A stretch of 64,000 bases of DNA, taken from assembly GCA_963575745.1 (NCBI GenBank), contig CAUYUJ010000002.1:1674001-1738000 (forward strand), read 5' to 3'. How positions within the stretch are numbered: position 1 is the stretch's first letter; each line of letters begins with the position of its first letter. This DNA comes from Prorocentrum cordatum. Lineage: Eukaryota. The translations under genes and the position numbers were made by a program. The notes below the pieces were generated by a model. The model had not been told where the DNA came from and searched no databases. It saw only the letters and a program-made list of their open reading frames with translations. Positions 22,020-34,100 of the stretch are shown here, piece after piece.

Positions 22020-24830
22020 CTTGGGGCCCTCTCGGGGCATTTTGGGCGTCTTGGAGGCCTCTTAGGCCGTCTTTGGGCCCTCTTGGGGCCGTTTTGGGGA
22101 CGTCTTGGGCCGTCCTGGGACCATCCTGGAGGCCTCTTGGTCGCTTTGGGGGCGATCTTGATGGCCTCTTGGACCATCTTGGGCCGTCGGAGGACCGAAA
22201 AGCAGCAGATTCTGAAATCCTTCAAAAATCGAAAGGCAATATATGCTTGTTCCATTTTGGTGACCTCTCTTGGCACGTTTTGGCGGCCTCTTGGGGGCCT
22301 CTGGTGCCGTCTTGGGCCTTCTTGAGGCCATCTTGGGCAATCTTGAGTGCATATTGGGGCCATGTTGGCCGTCTTGGGCCTTCTTGAGGCCATTTTGGAA
22401 ACACCTTGAATCAACATTTAGTTTTCTTGGGGCTATCTTGGCCGTCTTGGAGGCCATCTTGGGCGTCTTGGAGGCCTCTTGGGCAGTCTTCGGGCCATCT
22501 TGGGGGCCTCTTGGGCCGTCCTGGGGCCATATTGGAGGCCTCTTGGGCGATCTTGGGGCGATCTTGCTGGCCTCTTGGATCGCCTTGGGCTGTCGGAAGC
22601 CGCTCCAAAATTTTTAGACAAATCTACAGGAAATCTCTTCGGGCCATTCTGGAGGACCTCTTGGAGGCCTCTTGGGCCGTCTTGGAGACCTCTTTGGGGC
22701 CTCTTGGGCCATCTTGGGCCATCTTGAGGCCATCTTAGGCCGCCTTGGATGCATCTTGGGGCCATCTTAGCCGTCTTGGAGGCCATCTTGGCTGTCTTGG
22801 AGGCATCTTGGGGCCATCTTAGCCGTCTCGGATGCCATTTTGGCAGTCTTGGAGGCCTCTTGGGCCCTCTTGGGGCCGTCTTGGGGGCCTCTTGGGCCAT
22901 CATGGGGCCATCTTGGAGGCCTCGTTGGCGATCCTGGGGCGATCTTGTGGCTGTCTTGAGCCGTCGGAAGGCCGTTTCGGAAGCCTCTTGGGGCCCTCTT
23001 GGGGCCGTCTTGGGGCCTCTTGGGCCGTCATGGGGCCATCTTGGAGGCCTCGTGCAGGATCTTGGGGGGATCCTGGGGGCCTCTTGTGCCGTCTTCAGCC
23101 GTTGGAATCCAGAAAAGACGCAAATGCCAAAATCCTGCAAAGACGTAATGAACATCAACGATTTTGGTCTCTTCGGGCCCTTCTGGAGGAGCTCTTGGAG
23201 CGTCTGGGAGGCCTCTTGGGGTCTCTTGGGCCGTCTTTGGCCATCTTGAGGCTATCTTAGGCCATCTTGGGTGCATTTTGGGCCGTCTTGGAGGCATATT
23301 GGGGCCATCTTAGCCGTTTTGGAAGCCATCTTTGGGCCATATTGGGGTCTGGGGCAGGAAAAGCGTTTGCAACAGGGTCTTCCAGAAGGCCGGCGGGACG
23401 CGCCGGAGCCCCAGGGGGAGTTCTTTTGGAAAAGACCAAAACCAAAACCGAAATCATCTAGCACGCCGGGCACCCTTGTGATGAATCAACAGGCCTTTTT
23501 GGAAGCGCCGATGTGGCCGAACGTTGAGGCCAGACCTGCCAAGCTATCGGACCATGTGTTCCCCGAATCGGTTTGGAAAGCCTTCGGGGAACACGTGGGC
23601 ATCTTGAAGGTCATCTTGGCCGCCTGGAGGCCATTTTGACCCTTTCGGACCTTCTTTGAGGACGTCTTGGAGGGCTCTTGGGCCATCTTGGAGGCCATCT
23701 TGAGCGTCTTGGAGGCCTCCTGGGCCGTTTGGGGGGCCTCTTGGGGCCGTCTTGGGCCTCTTGGGCAATCTTTGGGGGCACTTGGGCCGTCTCGGGCCGT
23801 CGGAAGCCGAAAAAAAGCAAATGCCACAATCCTTCAACAACTCATGGGAAATCAATGATTTTGGCCTTTTCGGGCTTTCCTGGAGGCCTCTTGGGCCGTC
23901 TTGGGCCATCTTGAGGCCATCTTCGGCCGTCTTGGTGGGCCCCTGGCCCGTCCGACGCCATCGGAAGCCCCTTGGGGGGCCTCTCTGAGCTGACTTGGGG
24001 CCCTCTTGGAATGCTTCAGGGCCGTCTTGGAGGCCATCTTGGGCGTCTTAAAAGCCTCTTGGGCCGTCTGGGGGGCCTCTTGGGGCCGTTTTGGGGGCCT
24101 CTTGGGCCGTTCTGGGGCCATCTTGGAGGCCTCTTGGGCTATCTTTGGGCGATCTTTGGGGGCTCGTGGGCCGTATCGGGCCGTCGGAAGGCCGAAACGA
24201 AGCAAATGTCAAAATCCTACAAAAACCCATGGAACATCAGAGTTGTTGGCCTGTTCTGGCCTTTCTGGCGGCCCTCTTGGAGGCCTCTTGGGCCGTCTTG
24301 GGCCAGCTTCGAGCCAACGTCGGCCATCTTGGTGGGCTCCCGGCCCGTCTGACGCCGTCGGAAGCCGTTTCGGGGGCCTTTCTGGGCCGACTTGGTGCCT
24401 TCTTGGGGTGCTCCAGGGCCGTCTTAGAGGCCATCTTGTGCGTCTTGGAGGCCTCTTGAGTCGTCTTTGTGCCCTCTTGAGGCCGTCTTTGGTGCCTCTT
24501 GGGCAGTCCTGAGGCCGTCTTGGAGACCTCTTAGGCGCTGTGGGGGCGATCTTGGGGGCATCTTGGGCCGTCTTGGGTCGTCGGAAAGCCGAGAAGAAGC
24601 GAATGCCAAAATCCTTCAAACACCTAAGGAAAATCAACGATTTTGGCCTCTTCGGGCCCTCCTGGAGGACCTCTTGGTGGCCTCTTGGGTCGTGGTGGGC
24701 CGGCTTGGAGGCTTCTCGGGCGAATTTGGAGGTGTCTTGGACTCTCTTGGGCCGTCTTGGAGGCCGTCTTGGACCGTCTTGGGCGAATTTGGAGCCCATC
24801 TTGGACCATCCTGGAGGCGATCTTGGGCCA
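22020..24830 (+). repeat. TCTTGG satellite (left flank of element B)
   Basis: Same family; it resumes at 41236 after the element. Confidence 0.9.
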
Positions 24831-25114
24831 ACTTTAAACGGAGAAGGTTAAAGGCGAGGTATAAATCGAGCATGTACCGCTGCCGTGCCTGGCTCAAGCC
24901 GGGCCCGGCCAATATATGACTGTGCCTCACTGAGGCGCACAACTTGCATCAGAGATCGGAAAATACCTTTTCCATTGACGATGCCCATCCTATCCTTTAC
25001 TCCAGATCCCATGCTTCGTCTTGCTCTCTTGCTCATGCGATATGAGCCAAAGCCTGGGATATGGCAACGCTTAAAGCGTAACACATACCTAAGCTTACCA
25101 GCTTGTTTTCGACT
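24831..25114 (+). repeat. Element B 5' LTR
   Basis: ACTTTAAACGG...GTTTTCGACT matches 40952-41235 at 282/284. TATAAA is at 24860-24865. Confidence 0.95.
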
Positions 25115-28100
25115 TGGTAGCGGAGCTGGCTACACTCTCGTGTGGCTGGCTCTCGCTCTGATTCCTGTAATCCACGGCACAACTTGGTGGACTACTACTA
25201 CGGTGGAATACCATGTTGCGCCGGCTCTGCGAGGAGCGGAGCCAGTCCGCGATCGAGCTAGCGGGGCAACCCGCGAACTCGAGACGCTCTCTCCTACTTC
25301 ACTGCGCTACTTCACTCCCGACTTCCACCAGATGCCAATCGGCAACTCGATCGAGAACGTGGTCACCCTGCGGGGCTACCCGCAGCGGGGCCACCTGCAT
25401 CCCGTGCCGGTCAGGCGCCTCACGGCTACCACGCCAGAGCCTGACAAACCACAGCCCAAACCAATCACCGAAGCCGAAATGCACATGCATTGGATTAAGA
25501 TAACTATCTTCGGCATTCTGTGGGTAATAATGGGATGTGCTGTGGGATACATGCGGCAGGGGATGGACGACACGCGTACTACTGGCCCTTCATGGGACCC
25601 TGCCGGTACTACGCCTTTCCGCGAATACGTTCGCGAAGTACATGCATGGTTAAACGTAACGAGTGGCAATATGACACCACCACAACAAGCTGCAGCACTA
25701 CAACGAGGCCTTCAAGGTCTGGCTCGTCGTATCGCCATGCAGGTCCCCTCCCAGATCATCAATTATGGTGTAACTGTCAATGGACAGCCAACGGATGCAG
25801 TAACATATATACTGTACTTACTGAGCACCAAATTTGAAAATCTGGAAGATGAGCGCCAGCTCAACTCTGGCACTGCCCTTATCGACTTCCGCGTCGAAAG
25901 GGGCGAGCGAATCGACTCAGTATTAGCTCGATTCGAGATGGCCCGTGACGAGGCTAACTCTGTTGGTTTTGTCATCCCCAACTTTCAGATCCTAACGCTG
26001 ATTCTCTTCAGAGCGTTAGGCGTTGGCGCGTCACGAGCCCAACACCTGCTTGAGCCCTTCAATCATCAGATGCCCCGAACACAAGCAGACTATGACAGGC
26101 TGCTGACCAGGATGAGGAACTACGGACATGTTGCCGAGCGCTCTCCTGGCAACATAGCGGGTATCTTCACAGGGCACCACTCACATGCAGGTGTCTACGC
26201 CACGACTGCGGGGTCACCCGCTGGTCCTGGCGAGCCAAATCCCTGGGCTGACCCAGCCGATATGCCCAACGAGGCCACTGCCCTCTTAGGGCAGACCGGC
26301 CAGGCATCGGCAGAGGCAGCTGAGGCGAACGCCTGGTCGAACTACTCGCCAGGCGCCGCCTACACTGCAAGCCCGCCCTCGGGCACAACCCTCTGGGGCC
26401 AAGCGGAGTCATCCGCTCAAGGGTCTCAGCCACCCTCACCGTTTGAATCTGGCACTGACACAGATACCTCATCTGACGATGAGCACAATGGCATAGTCTC
26501 TGCTGGTAATGACTACCCAGCGGATGACACTCACCTCTCTGAACAACAAAGAGCGGAAGCCGCTTTTATGGCTTATCGCAAATCAAAACGCCGTTGGAGG
26601 CGCTTTATGAAGAAACCAGTCAGAAAGGTGAGACGTGCAGTACGCCGACATTTCAAACGATTTGGAAAGGGTCGTGGCAAAGGGGGTCGCAGACGCCGCA
26701 TGCATGGTAGGGGTATTACTGCTTTCCTCACGTCCTTAACTGATATGGCTTTTGAAGAAGTTCTTATCGGAGGCAAAGGTCGGGGTCACAGGCGGACCTC
26801 CGGTAAGGGAAAAGGGCGGAGGGGCAACCCTAGGGACGCTTCTGGCAATACTATGAAGTGTCATACATGCGGTAGCACAGAGCATTTGCGCGATCAATGC
26901 CCGAAGGGGAAAGGAAAGGGATCCGTACATGTGGCTCAAAATTCTTTTATGGATGACATAGATTACATTGACTACGAGTTTTACGTCAATCCAGACGCGG
27001 CCCCCGCCGCGGGCTCCTCCACGTATTACGTGATGGCCCGCTACGCTGAAGCAACCGTAGCCCTGGAAGACTACGCAGAGACCCTCTTCGACGAGTTCCA
27101 CGGCTGGGACGAGGTCGACGAGGTCGCGTACAATGCTTGGTTCGGTCTTCCAGCGGGGCCACCCGCCGGCGACGAGGTCTCCGAAGCAGAGACCGTCCCG
27201 GCAACAGAGGAAGAACTCACCGCCGTGCTGGCACCGCAAGTAATTGGCACGCCGTTGCTGCCAAATCCTTCGCGGGCTGGTTCGGAGGCGGGAGACGCCG
27301 ATGACGAAATGCGGGGCCATCCCGCGTATTCCGACTCCGAAGAAGCCGAAGAAGATTATAAGGACATGCTCCAAGAGGAGGTCTCAGAAGCAATCCGACT
27401 CCTGAGTGCGCCAGCACATCAGCACATAACCATGAACGAACTGCTGTCACACCCAGGAGTTGCACGTCTACGTCCATACTTGGATTCGAACATGTCAGCA
27501 TCTCAGATGTTGACAGCACTCCAAGCTCTAGCGGGGTCACCCGCCGAAGAGACGCTAGACGCAACAGCGGGGCCACCCGCTTGGTCTATGGATGTATTCA
27601 TGCAAGGTTGTGATCAAATGGACATTAACGACCTCACGATGGAGCAGTTAAACGACATCGGGTATTTCAGAAGCCCGTATCAAAACGTGTTCATGGTCCA
27701 GGACAGCTCAGAGGACTCGGAGGACATGCGTTACGCCAAGAGGGACAGGCGACCGTCGCCTCCCCGAGACTCAGAGCATGACGACCAAAGGCCAATGACA
27801 CGTGGTAGTGCGTCAGCGGGGCCAGCCCGCGGAAGGAGCCGTTCAGCTCCTAGACGCCCTACGCATGATGAATCGGGCTATCCATACAGTACTGAGCACT
27901 CCGTTGGAGTATCTGCTCAACAAGTGCCGGATTGGTACATCAGATGGTACCCCGGCTACTCGATGGATACTCTTCGCCACTGGTATTCTAAGGAGTATTG
28001 CACTAAAAGGGACGAAACTGGCGCGATAATACGTACCAAGGGTGGCAAGACCAAGACGCCAGAGGCTTGGGACAAAAGGGCTAAGAAGCAGGAGATCATC

Positions 28101-31100
28101 AACGATCGCAAGACATACAGGAAACAAGTATGTCAGTGCGAGCCCTTCAAAGGTCACATGCGCAGGTGTCCGATGGACCGCCCCTCCAGGAGCCCTCATC
28201 ACGGTGAGACCCCGTGGAATTGGTCTCATGGAGATGACGCTGGCAACGTCCATGATCCTAATAAGGAGGTCCCTGGAGGAGGAAAGCGCATCACCGAAGC
28301 CGATCGTGTCCCTATGACCGAAGAGGTGGCCAACATCGTCAGGGAAAATTGGGTACAGCTTCCCAATGACCATCGCCTCAAAGAATGGAACCGCCGATTT
28401 CATAAAGAGGCGGGGTCACCCGCAGGATCCAGTAAAGAGGCGGGGTCACCCGCAGGATCCAGCAAAGAAGCGGGGTCACCCGCAGACGCGGCGCCCGCCG
28501 CTGGGTCCGCGGAAGACGATTGGATAGCTGTTGCATCTGCTGCTGAGTCCGCCGCCGGCACTGACCACACCGAACTGAATGAAGAATGGGCGGCGGAAGA
28601 CGGCTCAGAGAATCCATTCCCTGACGGAAGCGCTTGCTGGTACTACAGCTCTTCGGCGCAGAAGTGGTTCTGCACGAGGGTAATCTACCGCCATGAGAAT
28701 GGCAAGTACAAGCTGGCCATAAAAGGTACTGCCGACATCGACCAGATGAGGCAGGTCATCCATGATCATGGCCAGCCAGAAGGCCCTCCTAGAGACCCTC
28801 CTAGTCCACAACCGGGCAAGGGCAGCAGACCACCTCCAAGACCTAAAGCCGACTCCTCGTCTTCACCGACTCCTGCGAAAAGGCACCCGTCCAAGAGCCC
28901 CGAAGGCACACATGGGCGGGCGAAGGCCAGAGGGATCGCCAAGACGGACGACCCTGAGCCGGCAGATCCTCCCGGTCTGTCCGTGACAGAGAGGAAGAAG
29001 GCTTTTGCTGGACCATCGACCCCGATGCCACCGGCGACCCAAGGCGATGTCAAGGACGAAGTTCGTGACAAGCCTCAGGCAGCTTTCAGGGGTGACTGGA
29101 CTCCAACTCTGCATCAGCCGCGCCTTGCACCACGACCAGGTTCGGCACGAATGAAAGCGCAGCCGAAGCCCGAAGCTGGGATGAGGTCGGTACGGGCGGA
29201 AGCGGCCGCCAAGGCTAAGGAGGACAAGGGCTCTGCGGGGCCACCCGCTAAAGCGGCGCCAGCCGCAACAGCGGGGACACCCGCAGAAGGCACTCTCTCA
29301 AGAGAAGAACGCTTCAGAGTCCTCAAAGAGTTTGGCGACCAACAGAAACTAACCGATGATGCAGCTGCTGACGAAGGTCACCCGAACCCTGGCGCGGAGT
29401 CATCCGCAGGAGCTGCCTCGTCGGCCGCAGGTTCTGCAGGGCCACCCATTAAAGCGGCGCCAGCTGCATTAGCGGGGCCACCCGTTAAAGCGCCGCCGGC
29501 TGCATTAGCGGGGCCACCCGCACAAGGACAGCCAATAATGTCTGTTCTCAGGAACATCCCTTTGGGAGCCATCGAATACTGGCAAGGCATTGAAGGCAAA
29601 GGCCCGAAGCGCACCATAAACCCACGAGTCACTCCAGACGATACGGACCGATACGAAGTCATTAATTGTCCGGTTCGTCGTAACTTCGAGTGCCGCAACG
29701 ACTGGGAACGTGAACAACAAACCGTGGGAAATATGTTGCGAGACAGGCCGCCACTACGCGTTGCGCAGCATAAAGCAGAGCTCCTGAAGGTCATGGAGAG
29801 GTTCGGCATGGATCCGACTTTGCCGCGCGAAGGGCAGATGACCAAGGTGTCAATGTGGTTTTCTACAGCCCTACGCCACAGTCCATATTGGAAGGACGGA
29901 TTCAGCCGACACTTCGAAAAGATCAGCACTTACGATCCATACGATGGCTGGGTGGTCGTTGACGATCTGCTGACAAACTGGACTGAAAATGATCAGTGGA
30001 AAGGCTATCGTGAAATGCACGAGGTGCTGATCAAGGGCAGGCCCCACACGTCATACGTGTATTGGGTGCTGCTAAACTGCTGTGAGATGATTGACCATCA
30101 CGGCATGCAGAAGGGCAGGCTCCAGATGAAGTGCGTTGATGACAGCATGCTGCTGCCTCCCAGGTTTCGACCGAAGGCACGCAGGCCACAGTACTTCATC
30201 AGAGCCACGAACGGCCACAGCAGTCCAGGCATCCACTGTCCCGAGTCGCTGTGCAAGCCGATCACAACATGGATGAAAGAACCAGACGACCCAGTATATT
30301 TCATCCACGGGACACAGTGGGAGTATGTCAAGGACATCCTTGCTAATGGCCTTTCATGCCTCGCACAGGACAACCCTAAGAGGAAGGGGGGGCGCCAATT
30401 TGTGCACGGCTGCCCCTACCTCCCGGGCGACCCGAGGATTCAATCGGGCATCCGTCCTGACTCGGAGGTGCTCATATTCTGCAGCATCAACAAGATGCTG
30501 TCCAGTGGCTTCTCTCTATGGAGATCAGCAAATGACATAGTCATGACACGGGGCCACGACGGACGTATACCGCCCGATCATATCCTCCAGATTGTGAGCA
30601 TTGCGAAATATCGGGTCGGCGAAGCCTGGAGCAATCCGCTGGCTTATGACAAGTCGCGGAGGCGGGGCCAACCCGCGGACAGGATTCGCACCGATGACTA
30701 CCTGCCACTTAAAATGTGTGACAGAACTCTGGGTGTAATGGAAGATCACGCCATGTACCTAAAGGGCTGGACTAAGACGGACGGTCGCCCATTCAATTTG
30801 ATCATGACCGAGCAAGATGTTGCTCCACGACCGTACGACACACAGACAGTCCTCATGATGAATGCCCAGGAGGACGAGGTCATGCCTGAAGCGGGGCCAC
30901 CCGCAGGTGCGGGGACACCCGCGGTAGACACCTCGGACGGTTCATGGCAACAAGTGGTCACACCAGTAGCAACGGTAGCATCTCCTTTGAGGCCGGACCA
31001 GCAGTCATGGGTCCAGGCCCTCAACAGCCATTTGACATCAGCCGACGTCTCTGGACTGACCGATCAGCTATATCGTGCTGACCCGTGGGCGGTGCATACA

Positions 31101-34100
31101 GGTATCCAAGACGCACAGCAGAGGAACCTGCGCACTCCTGCGGGGCCACCAGGCGTCCTAGGACCACAACCACAACGCCCTCCGCAGCAGGCTGGAGGTG
31201 CGAGGTTTGTCCCTATGGGCGGTTCAGATGGTGGCTCGCCGTTTCGGACTCCGCCGTCTGAAACGAGCGAGAACAGCCTGTGGCAACGACTCCAGGCGAT
31301 TCGCGGAAATCCGGCGCTCGCAGCAGCACTCCAGGCGACCACTCCCTTTGGCACTCCGAGGGGTAGTGAAGGAGGAGTGGCTGCGGGGACACCCGCCGAG
31401 CGAACGCCTGCGGAGTCATCCGCACATGCGGGGCCACCCGCTGACGGACAGCAAGGTTCAGACTACGAACGTCGGGCAGCCAACTTGAGAGCACAGGCTA
31501 CCTTTCTGCAGCAACAAGCTGATAGAGTGCCCAGCCTGTTGCGGAACCGCAACATAGATGTTACGAATCATGGCGACTTTCGGCCTCTCTGGAGCTGGAC
31601 TTCTGAAGATGCTCCAAATGCTGATCCCACGAATCCATATCGACAGGTGTTTATTCCAGGAATAGCATCACACCCAATATATGGATGGGACAATCATGGA
31701 CCAGCAGAGGCACAGGCCATGGACGCGCCGATGTACCCGGAGTACTACGCGCAGATGAATAACACTCCTATGATTGCGGGGCCACCTGCGAACGAATACA
31801 CTCGGAATCTTGCCAATGAGATGTTTCGTTTGCAGTTTACACGAGCGGTCGATGCGCAGTCTATGCCGCACTACGCCTACATGCCCACGCCGACGGACCC
31901 CGAGACCGTAGTTCAGCCAGCTGGTCTCGCGGTGCCAGCCGCTATGGGCAGCATGCCAGACTACATCCGCGACGTGCACAACACGCAGCAAGCGATACTG
32001 GCATCTAGGCAGCAGGCTCGGGACAACGCCAGGCTGCGCCAACAGCGCGCGATCCAGAGAAGGATCGAGCGTGAAAACCAAGCGGGGACACCCGCAGACG
32101 CGGGGCCACCCGCTGAACGAACAGATAGACTGCCGCCACCGACGCCATATCGGGAGGGCGAAACCACTTTCGAGCGTCAGGCTCGGACTCGCCCCGACGT
32201 GCCTGCTCCAGTCATTTCAGACTACAACTTCACACAGTGCCCAATCTGTATGGACTCCTACGAGATGGGCACCACAGTGTGGAGACTGGCGTGCGGGCAC
32301 TTCTTCCACGATATATGCTGGGATCGTGTTGCACAGCAGCACGTCCGCAATCAGCGACCAGGTGCGCCGAACGAGGCCCCCTGCGCTGTATGTCGTGGGC
32401 CGGGCATAATTACAGCACATTTCCCGTATGCTGGACAGCGCGACGCTGAGTCGGAACAAGCGCGCCAGCAGGAAAGGTACGTGGTAGATGCCCGGGAACT
32501 GCGTCGGCTGCGGGAAGCAGTGGAGGCACTAGAGGCTCGAGCCGCACACTCGGCGGAGCCATCCGCACGTGCCCCAGCTGCACAGACACACCCCTGGCCA
32601 GCGCCAGAGCAAGGCATCCAGATGCCAATCCTGCCTACGCTTCGAGCGCAGGAGCCCCCAGCAGCGGGGCCACCCGCCGAAGCGGCTCCCGCCGCCAAAG
32701 CGGGGCCACCCGCAAATGGACCTCCGAATCCAGGATTCCTGAGGGCAATGGAGGCCAATATCAGGCGGAGTGGCAGGAGCGGAGGCGGGACGCGCAGGCC
32801 GACTGGATCATCCAGGACCTCACGTGTGGCGAGCCCGGTCAGCGCTAGGAGCCGGGCAAGCGCTGAAAGCGCGGAGGCAGCCCAGTTCCACACCACATTC
32901 ATGATTGATACAAAAGGGCTGACCTATGCACGTGACGACACGGACACGCTGCCGCCAGGAGGTGAATGGACGTCCACACTCTCTGCGAATTATTGGGTTC
33001 TTGAACAGGAACCAATTACCGTAGAGGAGCGCCGCCAATATGAGCAGATGTGGTGCACCGAGTTAACCATGAGCCAATGGGTGCTTGAGCAGCGCCTGTT
33101 GAAAGGCACACTCGGTTCACAGATTACGTACCACACTGATGACCATGGTACGATGGCTCTGGCAGCGCGGAACGGGACGTTCTTCCCTGACGAAGACGGA
33201 CTGCCGTGCATCTCGTTCATGCTAGACATTGGCTCCAACGTGAACATCATCGGAGCCAATACGGCGCGAACCTTCCAGGAGGCTATGGCCAGGTACAATC
33301 ACAGACCTGCCATATGCACCCTGAGCAAGACCCTCTACATCAACGGTGTCGGTGAGGGTGCTGCGATATGTCGGAAAATGGGCAACTTCAAGATCGGGGT
33401 GCAATACGCCAATGAGGCAAGCCCCCGTATCGAGGAGTATGCCTCCAACATCGCAGAAGGCTCGGGTGCCAACCTCCCGGCCATCTGGGGCCTTGGTGCC
33501 ATGGAAGCACGTGACACGATCATCGTGCTGAAGCCAGGCTACCAGAAGGTTATCTTCCCCAGCGGAGATTATACTCTGAAGCTGGGGAGGGGCGCCAAGG
33601 TCCTGAGGGCGAAGAAAACTCCCTCAGGACATCTAGCCATTCCCTGCGGTTTGTATGACGGGGCTAAAAGCCAGACGGTCACGAACACCTTCACAATCCG
33701 CAGCAGTCGAGATGGCTACACCGAGACGGAGAACGAAGAGGACCCCGTCAGTGCGGGGCCACCCGCCGGTGTAGGTGCGGGGCCACCCGCCGGAGTAAGT
33801 GCGGGGCCACCCGCTGAGACCACAGCGGGGCAACCCGCGACGGGACAGTCCATGACCGTCACGACTGATACGTACATTGTCGAGCCGTATCTCGACAAGC
33901 AGCTCCTGGAAGACACGACCCGTTTGATCGTGGACAGGACGCTGAACAGCTGGTGGGAGGGCCAACAGTGTCCCGAAGGGACCTGGCCACATATGAAGGA
34001 TGCCCTGAAGTCCAAGATATTTTGGGCAGTCCAGGAGGCGGTGAATAAATGGACGCCTGAGAACCAAGCGGGGCCACCCGCGACACCGCCACCACCACCA

